A stretch of DNA of 64,000 nucleotides, from positions 608,001 through 672,000 of the forward strand of contig CAWCPV010000004.1 of the NCBI GenBank assembly GCA_963797555.1, given 5' to 3'. The position numbers were made by a program, and so were the translations under genes. Within the stretch, counting starts at the first letter, position 1; the number at the start of each line of letters is the position of its first letter. The DNA is from an uncultured Gammaproteobacteria bacterium. Lineage in GTDB: Bacteria > Pseudomonadota > Gammaproteobacteria > CAWCPV01. The notes beneath the pieces were generated by a model. It made no database searches and was not told where the DNA came from. It was given only the letters and a program-made list of their open reading frames with translations. Shown in pieces: positions 10,308 through 19,877 of this stretch.

Positions 10308-11165
10308 TCAGGAGCCCGCCCAGGAAGCGACCCGGTCCAGGGCGCGGTAAGGGAGCAACCGCCGCAGGGCGGCGAGCAGGGGCGTCGCGGGGGTGACGTA
10401 GTAGCGGATCTTGGGGCGGCGGCTCTCCAGGGCGCGGACCACACAGTTGAGCACGGCCTGCGGATGCCGGCTGAAGCGCGTGTTTGTGCCGCTCCCAGTC
10501 AGTTGTTGCTCGGTGGCCCCGTAGGCCACCCGGTGCACGCTGCGGTCAACGTCCACGTGGTCCTTGAACGCCCGCTGTGCGGTGGCCCGGAAACGGGTGG
10601 TGATGGGGCCCGGCTCGATGAGGCAGACGTTGATCCCGCTTCCGGCGAGTTCCAGACGGAGGCTGTCGGTAATCCCCTCCAGCGCGAACTTGCTAGCACT
10701 ATAGGCCCCGCGGAAGGGCAGGGCGACCAAGCCGAGCACGGAGCTGTTGTTGATGATCCGGCCGCGGCCTTGACGGCGCATAGCCGGGATGATGTGGTTG
10801 GTCAGCTCCACGGGGCCGAAGAGATTGGTCTCGAACTGGGCCCGCAGCACTTCGCGACTCAGGTCTTCGACGGCGCCGGTCTGGCCATAGCCAGCGTTGT
10901 TGAACAGGCCGTACAGTCGGCCCTCGCTGCGCTCCAGAACCCGATCCGCGGCCTCCCGGATGGATGCGGAGTCGGTCAGCTCCAGCGGGATTGCCTCGAA
11001 GCCTTCACTTCGCAGCACTTCGAGGTCTGGTGCGCGGCGCGCCGTCGCGAAGACTCGATAGCCGCGAGCCTGGAGCCCGTGTGCTACGCACCGACCGATA
11101 CCACTGGAGCAGCCGGTGACGAGCACCGAACGCGCAGCGCTCCCATTCATCGTCGGGTCCCGCAT
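10308..11165 (-). CDS. SDR family oxidoreductase (YbbO-like)
   Basis: TGCSSGIG, NNAG, YSASK catalytic motif. Confidence 0.9.
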   Translation of the reverse strand: MRDPTMNGSAARSVLVTGCSSGIGRCVAHGLQARGYRVFATARRAPDLEVLRSEGFEAIPLELTDSASIREAADRVLERSEGRLYGLFNNAGYGQTGAVEDLSREVLRAQFETNLFGPVELTNHIIPAMRRQGRGRIINNSSVLGLVALPFRGAYSASKFALEGITDSLRLELAGSGINVCLIEPGPITTRFRATAQRAFKDHVDVDRSVHRVAYGATEQQLTGSGTNTRFSRHPQAVLNCVVRALESRRPKIRYYVTPATPLLAALRRLLPYRALDRVASWAGS

Positions 11166-11262
11166 GGGGCGGCTTCAGTCTGTGCCGTGGGGGCGTGCCC
11201 GACGGTGCTGGGCGCACGTGATCGGCGAAACGTCGTCTTGGGACACGGCTGCAGCGGTCTGA

Positions 11263-11489
11263 GAGCTTGCGAATAGATCTGCTGCGCGTCCCGATAGCGG
11301 CGTCGTGCGGTGTTGATGGCGTACCTCCCTGTCCGCCACCCCTTTGGGGCGTCCCACAGCCGCGCCGAATGGCCATTTCGTCATTCGGTCGCTCCTCGCC
11401 TAGTCTGCTGGATGGGCCGCGTCGCCGCGCTTCCTGTGCGTCGCTCCTGGCGCTCCTGGGCTGCTCGGTAACGATTTCCTCGCTAGCCC
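11263..11489 (-). mobile_element. MITE family copy 1
   Basis: Imperfect 17-bp TIRs GAGCTTGCGAATAGATC / GATTTCCTCGCTAGCCC, TGA on both flanks, diverged core shared with copies at 13473, 20975, 57579. Confidence 0.7.
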
Positions 11490-11496
11490 TGAGCGC

Positions 11497-11802
11497 CTAG
11501 AGGCCGCTGTAGTAAGCCGCCAAGTCCGCGATCTGCTGATCGCTGAGTCCGGCCGCCATCCCCTTCATAATGGGGTTCTCGCGGCTGCCGCGCTTATAGT
11601 CGTGGAGGGCCTTGGCCAGATAGTCGGGATACTGGCCTGCCAATCTAGGATAGATGGGCTGCACCCCGCGGCCGTCGGCGCCGTGGCACCCCTGGCAGGT
11701 GGTGGCCTGCTGCTTGCCGGCTTCAGGGTTACCCTGTGCGTAGACATTCAGGGCCGATAGAATCAGGGCGCTCAACACTCCTGTCGCGATTGTTTTGCTC
11801 AT
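11497..11802 (-). CDS. Monoheme cytochrome c (c553/c4-like)
   Basis: Signal peptide, CQGCH, YPRLAGQ, distal Met. Confidence 0.9.
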   Translation of the reverse strand: MSKTIATGVLSALILSALNVYAQGNPEAGKQQATTCQGCHGADGRGVQPIYPRLAGQYPDYLAKALHDYKRGSRENPIMKGMAAGLSDQQIADLAAYYSGL

Positions 11803-11843
11803 GAGCAATTCTCTTCTGGAAGCTGACCCGGTGGCGTTTCGGG

Positions 11844-12173
11844 TTACCGCCACGCCTGACTGGCGAAATAGGCCGCCAAGTCCTCGATGTCCTGATCGGT
11901 CAGGGAGGCGGCCATCGCATGCATGGTTTGATTCTTGCGCACCCCCGAGCGATAGTCGCGCAGGGCGCTGGCGAGATATTCGGTGTGCTGACCTCGGATC
12001 CTGGGAATGCGGTAGATATTGGGCGTGTTGATGCGCATGCCCTCGCCGGTGTGGCAGCCCGCGCACAAGAGCGACTTTGCCTTGCCTGCATCGGGGTCGC
12101 CCGCGGCGTGAACGGCGGCCGTACCCAGCAGGCAGCATACGCCGACAGCAGCTGAGGCAATTCGTCCGAGCAT
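11844..12173 (-). CDS. Monoheme cytochrome c (c553/c4-like)
   Basis: Signal peptide, CAGCH, PRIRGQH, TMHAMA. Confidence 0.9.
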   Translation of the reverse strand: MLGRIASAAVGVCCLLGTAAVHAAGDPDAGKAKSLLCAGCHTGEGMRINTPNIYRIPRIRGQHTEYLASALRDYRSGVRKNQTMHAMAASLTDQDIEDLAAYFASQAWR

Positions 12174-12385
12174 TCTTAGGTCCTTTACGAAGGTTTCAGA
12201 CAGGATGTCCAGTGCGGGCGCCATCTTAAGCCAATTGGAGGGTGGCTTCAAGGAGATGAAGCGACAGCCCGCAGATCCAAGAGCCGTTTTCTGAGCCGCG
12301 AACTCTCTGTCCCGGCGCGATCGAGGCGACCCATTCGGCGGAGGAATCCGGAGCTTGACGTGCGAAGGAGAATGGGAGGACGCCT

Positions 12386-13357
12386 CTATCGCTTGAGGCG
12401 CAGGAACAGCCAGAGTCCTGGGAGGACGCTGGCCCAGAGCACGGCCAGGAACAGGATAGCCAGCGCAACCGCCGCTTGTTTGTCGATCCCGGCGGTCACC
12501 ATGAGCCCCACGAAAACTCCTTCGCGTACGCCCAGACCCCCCAAGGAGACGGGGATGCTGGCGGCTGCGAAGGTGAGCGGGACGATGGCCAGATAGGTTG
12601 CCGGGCTGAGCCCGAGGCCGAGATCCTCGCCGAGCAGCATGTAGACGGCAACCTCCACGCACTGCAGGGCGAAGGACAGCAGCAAGGCGCCGGACAGCAA
12701 GCGCGGGGATCGGCCATACGAGTGGCAGATCTCCAAGATGTCCGAAACCATCCCGGCGAGACGCAGGTGTCGCCACCGCGCCAGGGGTCGCTGGAGCAGG
12801 CGGTGCGTGGATGGCAGGAAGAGGAGCAAGAATCCCAGCGCGGCGGAGGTCGCGAAGGCTGCGAGGGCTGCCTTGTCGTGTCGCGGCAACACGAAGAGGT
12901 GCGCGGTCAGCAGACCGCCGATGGCCAGATAGATCATGGAGAACAGCCCGATCAGCCGGTCCATGATGGCCGACCCGACCAGGGGGCGCAGAGCGATCCC
13001 CTTGCGGTACAGGTGATAGGTCCGGACGGCATCGCCCCCGACCCCCGTGGGGAGAAGCTGATTGAAGAACAAGCCCATGTAGTAGGCGGGCTTCACGCTC
13101 AAGTACGGCACGTGGACGTTCGCGTAGCGCAGCAGCAGCCACCACCGCCAGAGTGCGACGGCATACGCGACGAATTGCAGCGCGAGGGCTGCCAGCATGG
13201 CCCCGAAACTGACCTTCTGCCAAGCCTCGACCAACCCCGACAGTCCGACGCCGTGGAGCAGCCAAGTCACCAGCGCCGCGGTGACGGCGAGCTTGAGAAG
13301 GAACCATATCCAGCGCCCGCCGCTCCCGCCGATGGCCGCAGGCGTGGCCTCAGACAC
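12386..13357 (-). CDS. Lysylphosphatidylglycerol synthase TM / flippase-like membrane protein
   Basis: GLFFNQLLPTGVGGDAVR, PVSLGGLGVREG; multiple TM helices. Confidence 0.85.
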   Translation of the reverse strand: MSEATPAAIGGSGGRWIWFLLKLAVTAALVTWLLHGVGLSGLVEAWQKVSFGAMLAALALQFVAYAVALWRWWLLLRYANVHVPYLSVKPAYYMGLFFNQLLPTGVGGDAVRTYHLYRKGIALRPLVGSAIMDRLIGLFSMIYLAIGGLLTAHLFVLPRHDKAALAAFATSAALGFLLLFLPSTHRLLQRPLARWRHLRLAGMVSDILEICHSYGRSPRLLSGALLLSFALQCVEVAVYMLLGEDLGLGLSPATYLAIVPLTFAAASIPVSLGGLGVREGVFVGLMVTAGIDKQAAVALAILFLAVLWASVLPGLWLFLRLKR

Positions 13358-13472
13358 GCGGTCCCCCGGGAGGGGTGCGGTTGTCAGGGGTGCCTCGTGC
13401 GCTTGGCAACGGCGGAAACATCGTCTGCGTGCCCGTGCCTCTGGTCTCGGCTGACAGGTGAACCACAGCTCA

Positions 13473-13688
13473 GAGCCTGTGAAGAAGTCGGTGCGAGCGG
13501 TCCGGGGTCAAGGCACAAGGAGCGCAGCGACGAGACCTGTCGAGTCGACAGCCGAGGTGCAACCGAATGGCAGGATAGCCATTCGGCACGTCCGCGGGAC
13601 GCCCCGAAGGGGTGGCGTACAGGGAGGTACGCCATGACCGCCGCGCACCGGCGCAGTCGGGACGCGCAGTCAACTCCTTCACACGCTC
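13473..13688 (+). mobile_element. MITE family copy 2
   Basis: TIRs GAGCCTGTGAAGAAGT / ACTCCTTCACACGCTC with TCA duplicated on both sides; core nearly identical to copy 3. Confidence 0.8.
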
Positions 13689-14484
13689 TCACCCCCCTGG
13701 TGGACCCTCGGGTCTGACAGCATCACCAGAGCGCGGGCGAGAATCTTGGCCGACGAGCGGGCCATCCCGATCGGGGCCGCCTGGGCACACACCTCGGTGA
13801 CGCGCGGGTCGTTCACGACCGAGTCCGGGCCGCGATGGAAGGCGATGTCGATGCGGGCTTGGCTCGCCTCCGCCAGACCGTGGCCGATGGCGAGGATACG
13901 CTCCTTGACGCAAGCTGACGAGTTTTGGGTCAGCGTGCGAATCGTCCCCCGCAGGCGTACCAGCTCCGGGATCACGTTGGGGTTCGCTCCCCCTTCGATG
14001 ACGCCGAAGGACACCACCATCGGATCCCGCGAGTCCACCGAGCGAGGCACGTAATGATAGACACCCGTTGACGAACTGAGTGGCGACCGAGATCGGGTCC
14101 ACGGTATGATGCGGCCGTGCCGCGTGTCCGCCCTGACCGCGGATGACGACGTCCAGGCCCACGGAGGTCGTCGGCAAGGAGCAGATCGACGCCATCGGGC
14201 TACCCAGCATGGGGGGGCGAAGACTTCGCCGCCTATCTGGCTACCGTGCCCGGCTGCATGTTCCGTCTGGGCGTAGCGGGTGCCCAGGGGACCACCGATT
14301 TCCTGCATTCACCGCGCTTCGACATGCTGGGCGGGATACGGTAAGAGATGCCGGCCTGTCGTAGTTTGTCTGCCAGATAGCCGGTGGTCTCGATCTCTTC
14401 GCCGCTGGGTTCCGGGTGGGCGTGTATGTGACGGCGGATCGCGATCAGCTCACTCGCCTGATCCTCGACGTAGCCGTCGATCAA
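13689..14484 (-). pseudogene. M20 family amidohydrolase, rearranged pseudogene
   Basis: IRRHIHAHPEPS and GQGGHAARPH..DP..NPNVIP on the minus strand; SMGGEDF..LHSPRFD segment on the plus strand at ~14160-14325; frameshifts. Confidence 0.8.
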
Positions 14485-14682
14485 ACGACCCCATACGCCG
14501 CCAGACAGGTTTGAGACGATTATCCTATACTTCCGCCATGCGTGGGAGCCTCACAGGCTCGCACGATCCCGCACGATCGGGTTCGCGCGGTCGGCTCGTA
14601 AGGCGCCTGAAGCCCGCTCTCGTCACGAGCCAGGCACACACCATGACGACCAACGCAGGGACCGACCACGAGGAGTCCAGAT

Positions 14683-15408
14683 ATGACACTTGAGGATTAC
14701 CGATCCTTAGCCCTGGAGCTGGAGTCGTTGCTCAAGCCCCAATCCCCGCCCCTGGCGATCACCTTTTCCGATGAGGCGCCGCTCGGTGTTTCCCGATTCT
14801 CGGCTGCGGTGCCCGAGCCGAGCCTCGACGGTCGCACTGGACCGGTCGCCGCGGGTTGTGTGTTCTGGATGAAGGCTGCCGAGCAGACCTTTACGACGGT
14901 GGCCGAAGACCATGCAAACTGCAGCGTGGGGAGTCTGACACACGGACTCAAAACGCTGCAGGAGGTGGCGGATTGCGAAGATGTCTCGACCCTGCTCGCA
15001 TCCGGCTGGGTGACCATGGACATGGTGCCGCGTATTCCCCACATTCGGGAGCGTCCCGGCTTCATCACCTACGGACCTCTCCACGCCACCCCGGCGGAGC
15101 CCGACGTCGTGCTCATGCGCCTCGTCGGCAAGCAGGTCATGGTCCTGCATGACGCCATCCCCGAGATGCGCTTCGAGGGGAAGCCCCAGTGCCACATCAT
15201 CGCGATTGCTAAGGAGGACGATGAGATAGCCGTGAGCGTCGGCTGCATGCTTAGCCGGGTTCGCACCGGCATGTCCGCCAACGAGATGACCTGCGCGCTG
15301 CCCGCGAAGCGGCTGGCGGAGGTCGTAGAGCGCCTGCGCGCCACCTGTGCGGCAGACGGCTTGGTCGCCGCCTATGCCAGCCGGGATGCGGCGCGGTTCT
15401 CGGCGTAG
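14683..15408 (+). CDS. DUF169 family protein
   Basis: GCVFW, HANCSVG, GKPQCH, SVGCMLSRVRTG Cys pattern; GAGGAG RBS. Confidence 0.7.
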   Translation: MTLEDYRSLALELESLLKPQSPPLAITFSDEAPLGVSRFSAAVPEPSLDGRTGPVAAGCVFWMKAAEQTFTTVAEDHANCSVGSLTHGLKTLQEVADCEDVSTLLASGWVTMDMVPRIPHIRERPGFITYGPLHATPAEPDVVLMRLVGKQVMVLHDAIPEMRFEGKPQCHIIAIAKEDDEIAVSVGCMLSRVRTGMSANEMTCALPAKRLAEVVERLRATCAADGLVAAYASRDAARFSA

Positions 15409-15516
15409 CGCGAGCGGTCGCGGGCTGCACGCCTGGATCTGCTGCCCGGTCCCCGTAGAGCAGGGTGCGGCGTCGTGGTGAGGCCGCGCTTGCACTGGCT
15501 TAGCCGGGTCGTACCG

Positions 15517-17574
15517 ATGCGGCTGACGCGCCGTTTCGTGTTGGCCTTGACCGCGCTGCTGCTGGTCGTGCTCTCGCTCGGCCTCGGTCTGCTCTGGACG
15601 GAACTGCGTTCCGCCATCCTCGCGGAGGAGGACAACCGCGTGCGCTCGGTCGTCGATGGGCTCACCGCCAGTCTGGAGACCCTGATGTTGACGGGTGACG
15701 CCGCTCTGGCGCGCGACTGGGTGGAGCGAGTCGCCCGGGAGCCGCTGGTGCTCAAGGTCCAGGTGCTGCGCACGAACGGGACGGTGGCATTCCGCGATCT
15801 CGCCACCGTCGAGAGAGTCGAGCGGCGTGTCGGGAGCGGACGTTTTCGCCGAGCGCCCCTGCCTGCTCAGCGCGTGCGGGATTTGCCGGAGACGGCTTTG
15901 GCGTCCGCGGTCCACGGAAAGACCATCCAGTTCACCCAGCGGGGCGCACCGGCCGGGCTGACGCAGCTCGTTCCTATCCGTGCGGCCGCGGCATGCGACG
16001 GCTGTCACGGGCAAGATTCCGATCGGGTGCTGGGCATACTGCGGGTGACGACGTCCCTCGCTTTCGCCCAGGCGCGTATCCAGGCCGCCCGATGGGAGAG
16101 CGCCCTCATGGCTGTCGGCGCGTCGCTGGTGCTGGGGCTCGGCGCACTGTGGCTGGTGCGGCGACAGGTCATTCGACCGGTGCACGCGCTGCAAGGGGTG
16201 GCCGAGCGGATCGAAGCGGGCGATCTGAGCGCCCGCGCCCACCTGGACCGCGAGGACGAGATCGGATCGCTGGCGCGCACCTTCGACCGCATGACCCAGA
16301 GACTCGCCGCCAGCTTGGTTCAGTTCCAGTCGCTGTCCACGTATTACCACGATGTTCTGGACCGCCTGCCGACCGGCGTCGTGATGTACGACGCCGGCCT
16401 GCGGCCGACCTACGTCAATGCCCGCATGCTGGAGATCACAGGGATGGGGCGCGAGGAGTTCCTGCAGTCGAGTTGCTGCGACCTCTGTCCGGCGAAAGCC
16501 AGCGACCACAGTGAGCGCTGCCTGCATTGCATTCAAATCCGCATCCTCGACACGCCGCGCCCGATGACCGCGGTACTCCCGCGGCTGCGCAAGGACGGCA
16601 GCGAATGGATATCGAGGGCGCGAGTCGTCCCGCTGCTCGACGCTGGCGGGCACCTGACCGAGGTCCTGGAGATCTGGGAGGACATCACCGAGGACCAGAA
16701 GCGCATCGACGAGATCAAGTGGCTGTCCACGCTGCCCGAGATGAACCCCTTCCCCATCATCGAGGTGGATCTGCACGGGCGTGTGCTCTACATGAATCCG
16801 GCGACGACCCGCTACCTGCAGCAGAATGGCATGGACGCGGCGGACATCCGCAGGATACTGCCGCCGGGCTTCACCCGCACGGTGCGTCAGTGCCGGCAGA
16901 AGGGCCGGCCGGTGGACACGGTTTCCTTCGAGGTGGGGCAGGAGTCCATGGTCTGGCAGCTCCATCCCAACGAAACCAATGAGAACGTCCGGGCATACGC
17001 CATCGACATCACCAGCCGCATCCACGCGGAGCAGGCGGCGCTGCGGCTGGCCCACCACGACCCGCTGACCGGGCTATCCAACCGCATCCTGTTCTACGAC
17101 CGGTTGGAACGGGCCATGGCCCTGGCGCGCCGACGTGGCCAGATGCTGGCGCTGCTGTTCGTCGACCTGGACCGTTTCAAACCGATCAACGACACCATGG
17201 GCCATCACATCGGCGACTTGGTCTTGAAGGAACTGGGCGGGCGCCTCCAGGCCGCTGTGCGGGAGACGGACACCGTGGCCCGGATCGGCGGCGACGAGTT
17301 CGTGATCATTCTTCAGGACGTTGGGGGAGAAGAGGGCATCGTGCGGGTCACAGCCAATGCCCTGGCCGCTCTCGCCACGCCTGTGCGGACCGAGCAGCAG
17401 GAGTTTGTCGTGTCGGCTTCTGTGGGCGTAAGCGTGTATCCGCGGGACGCCGACGACGCTGACGAGCTGCTCAAGCGGGCCGATCGGGCCATGTACCAGG
17501 CGAAGCAGGAGGGCGGGAACCGCTACCGGTTCTACTCCGCGGACCAGACGATTTCAGAGGGCGCCGGCGGCTAG
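15517..17574 (+). CDS. Membrane diguanylate cyclase (periplasmic CxxCH sensor, HAMP, PAS, GGDEF)
   Basis: 2 TM, CDGCH, REDEIGSLA HAMP, DPLTGLSNR, RETD I-site, intact GGDEF. Confidence 0.9.
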   Translation: MRLTRRFVLALTALLLVVLSLGLGLLWTELRSAILAEEDNRVRSVVDGLTASLETLMLTGDAALARDWVERVAREPLVLKVQVLRTNGTVAFRDLATVERVERRVGSGRFRRAPLPAQRVRDLPETALASAVHGKTIQFTQRGAPAGLTQLVPIRAAAACDGCHGQDSDRVLGILRVTTSLAFAQARIQAARWESALMAVGASLVLGLGALWLVRRQVIRPVHALQGVAERIEAGDLSARAHLDREDEIGSLARTFDRMTQRLAASLVQFQSLSTYYHDVLDRLPTGVVMYDAGLRPTYVNARMLEITGMGREEFLQSSCCDLCPAKASDHSERCLHCIQIRILDTPRPMTAVLPRLRKDGSEWISRARVVPLLDAGGHLTEVLEIWEDITEDQKRIDEIKWLSTLPEMNPFPIIEVDLHGRVLYMNPATTRYLQQNGMDAADIRRILPPGFTRTVRQCRQKGRPVDTVSFEVGQESMVWQLHPNETNENVRAYAIDITSRIHAEQAALRLAHHDPLTGLSNRILFYDRLERAMALARRRGQMLALLFVDLDRFKPINDTMGHHIGDLVLKELGGRLQAAVRETDTVARIGGDEFVIILQDVGGEEGIVRVTANALAALATPVRTEQQEFVVSASVGVSVYPRDADDADELLKRADRAMYQAKQEGGNRYRFYSADQTISEGAGG

Positions 17575-17599
17575 GGGGTCGCCTGCGGCGGCCTGTAGC

Positions 17600-17884
17600 C
17601 TACTTCTTGCCACCCTGAGGCTGGAAGCCCGGCGGTAGCTGCCCCAGATCCCCCTCGCCGAACAGGAAGCCCCCCATATGCTGTTCGATTAGCTCGATGG
17701 TGCCGGGATCGGCGGTGCTGAGCCGGTTCTCGTTGATGATGGTGGTGAGGCGCTCGAGCCACTTGGCCCACCCTTCCTTGGAGACGTTTTCATAGATGCG
17801 CTGGCCGAGCGGGCCCGGATGGGGAGGCTGGTCGAGGCCTTCCGCCTCGCGTTTCAAGACCACGCAGTGTACGGTGCGCGCCAT
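17600..17884 (-). CDS. yggX: Fe(II)-trafficking / oxidative damage protection protein YggX
   Basis: MARTVHCVVLKREAEGLD..PGPLGQRIYENVSKEGW..INENRL. Confidence 0.9.
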   Translation of the reverse strand: MARTVHCVVLKREAEGLDQPPHPGPLGQRIYENVSKEGWAKWLERLTTIINENRLSTADPGTIELIEQHMGGFLFGEGDLGQLPPGFQPQGGKK

Positions 17885-18011
17885 CTCGTCGACTCCTGCC
17901 GGCATTTGCTCCGGCGGCGTTTTTCGGGCGCTGGACCCGTGCTAAAATGCTGACTGGCCAGCTCAACTATTCGAGACCATTATTGCAGCGAACCTGTGGA
18001 GGGGCAAGACG

Positions 18012-18407
18012 ATGTCACAGCCAGCAACAGCTTTATCCACCCCGGACCGGGACGACGGCGAGATGCGGTTGACGCCTGCAGCGCAGGCACAGATGGCGGA
18101 ATTGCTCGGCCAAGCGGACGAGGACTTCGCGGGGATCCGCGTCTTCGTCGCGGGCGGCGGCTGCGGGGGCATGGGTTATGGGATGACGTTCGCGGAATCC
18201 ATCACGTCCTACGATCGGGTGGTGGAAGGCCCGGGCTACAAGGTGGTCGTGGACGCCGTGGCGCTCAACTACCTGCAGGGCTGCGAGGTGGATTTCGTCG
18301 AGGACGGCGTCAACTCGACGTTCGTCTTCAACAACGTCTTCCGCAGCGTCGGCGGGTCGGGTACCTGCGGAGGCTGCGGCGGCGGGGGAGGCTGCGGCGC
18401 CTTCTGA
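18012..18407 (+). CDS. HesB/IscA family A-type Fe-S carrier with atypical C-terminus
   Basis: LTPAA, IRVFVAGGGCGGMGYGMTF, YLQGCEVDFV, FVFNN; tail GTCGGCGGGGGCGAF. Confidence 0.85.
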   Translation: MSQPATALSTPDRDDGEMRLTPAAQAQMAELLGQADEDFAGIRVFVAGGGCGGMGYGMTFAESITSYDRVVEGPGYKVVVDAVALNYLQGCEVDFVEDGVNSTFVFNNVFRSVGGSGTCGGCGGGGGCGAF

Positions 18408-18485
18408 CGCCGTGCTCGCGGCGCGAGCGGCCGGGGCGGTCGGGCGCCGTCGATGGGGAGTGCCCGATCCGGTGCCGCCGCGGGG

Positions 18486-19811
18486 ATGAGTGTGACCCCC
18501 GCGGTTCGCTCGCCGCGGCCAGGTGAGCGCGCCCACGTCCTGCTTATCGCCCCCCACGGGAGTTACCGAACCGTGCCGTTCATAGCGGCGGCCCCAAGAC
18601 TGGGAGCCAAGGTGCTCGTGGCATCGGAGGGACGCCACTCCCTGGTGAGCGCCTATGCCGAGGGAATCCACATCGACCTCGGGGACGCCGAGGGAGCCCT
18701 GGCCACCATTCTCCGGGTCGCCCGCAGGACACCTTTCGCAGGCGTCATCGGAACCGATGACGCCACCATCGAGCTGGCGGCGCGCGTCGCCCGTCAGCTC
18801 GGGCTGCCTCACAACCCGCCGACGGCGGTGCGTAACGCCAGACGCAAGGATGTGGCACGGGCTTGTCTGGCCGCTGCCGGGATTGCGGTGCCGGGCTACC
18901 GCCTGCTCGACTTGCGCGGGTCGTTGGCTGCGCAGATCGAGGGAATCTCTTTCCCTTGCGTGGTGAAGCCGCTCGCGTTGTCTGCGAGCCGCGGCGTGAT
19001 CCGTGCAGACGACGGGCCGGGACTGCTGCGGGCCTGCGCGCGTGTCGACCGTATCCTGCACGAGGTGCCGGACGAGTACGAACGGAGCCATGTGCTGGTG
19101 GAGGACTTCATCCCCGGCTTCGAGGTGGCCGTGGAAGGGATTCTGGTCGAGGGGCGGCTCACGCTGCTCGCCGTTTTCGACAAGCCCGACCCGCTGGACG
19201 GGCCGTTCTTCGAGGAGACCTATTACGTGACGCCGTCCAGTCTGGGCGCCGAGGTACAGGCCGCGCTCCGCGCACAGATTCAGGACGCTTGTCGCGCCTA
19301 CGGTCTGCGCGAGGGCCCGGTCCACGCCGAGTGCCGCATCAACGATCTGGGCGTGTGGATTCTCGAGGTGGCGGCCCGCACCATCGGCGGCCTCTGCGGG
19401 CGGCTGCTGCGCTTCGGTACCGGCTACGGTCTGGAGGATCTGGTGCTCGCTCATGCCCTCGGTGAGGCCATTCACCCGGACCCGCAGCGAGGTGCGGCCG
19501 GGGTATTGATGATCCCGGTTCCACGCGCGGGCGTCCTGAGACGTGTGGAGGGCTTGGGAGCCGCCCGGCGCGTCCCGCATGTCGAAGAGATCGTCATCCA
19601 AGTGCGGGAAGGCTACGAGCTGGTGCCGTGGCCCGAGGGGTCCAGCTACCTGGGCTTCGTGTTCGCGCGCGCCCCGACTCCTCGAGAAGCCGAGACCGCG
19701 CTCAGGCAGGCACATGCGCGTCTCAATATCGTCGTGGCGCCGCTCTGGAAGCTCAGGGCGACGCCCTCCGTGGCCCCCGAGTCCTCGGGGCTGGCCGCCG
19801 TTGTCGGCTGA
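18486..19811 (+). CDS. ATP-grasp domain ligase
   Basis: FPCVVKPLALSASRGVIR, VEDFIPGFEVAVEG, HAECR, LEVAARTIGG. Confidence 0.85.
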   Translation: MSVTPAVRSPRPGERAHVLLIAPHGSYRTVPFIAAAPRLGAKVLVASEGRHSLVSAYAEGIHIDLGDAEGALATILRVARRTPFAGVIGTDDATIELAARVARQLGLPHNPPTAVRNARRKDVARACLAAAGIAVPGYRLLDLRGSLAAQIEGISFPCVVKPLALSASRGVIRADDGPGLLRACARVDRILHEVPDEYERSHVLVEDFIPGFEVAVEGILVEGRLTLLAVFDKPDPLDGPFFEETYYVTPSSLGAEVQAALRAQIQDACRAYGLREGPVHAECRINDLGVWILEVAARTIGGLCGRLLRFGTGYGLEDLVLAHALGEAIHPDPQRGAAGVLMIPVPRAGVLRRVEGLGAARRVPHVEEIVIQVREGYELVPWPEGSSYLGFVFARAPTPREAETALRQAHARLNIVVAPLWKLRATPSVAPESSGLAAVVG

Positions 19812-19877
19812 GTCCGACCCAAGCCATATGCGGCCGGCGTTCCGGGGCGTCCTGCTGTTCGAGTAGGGGATTCCGAG

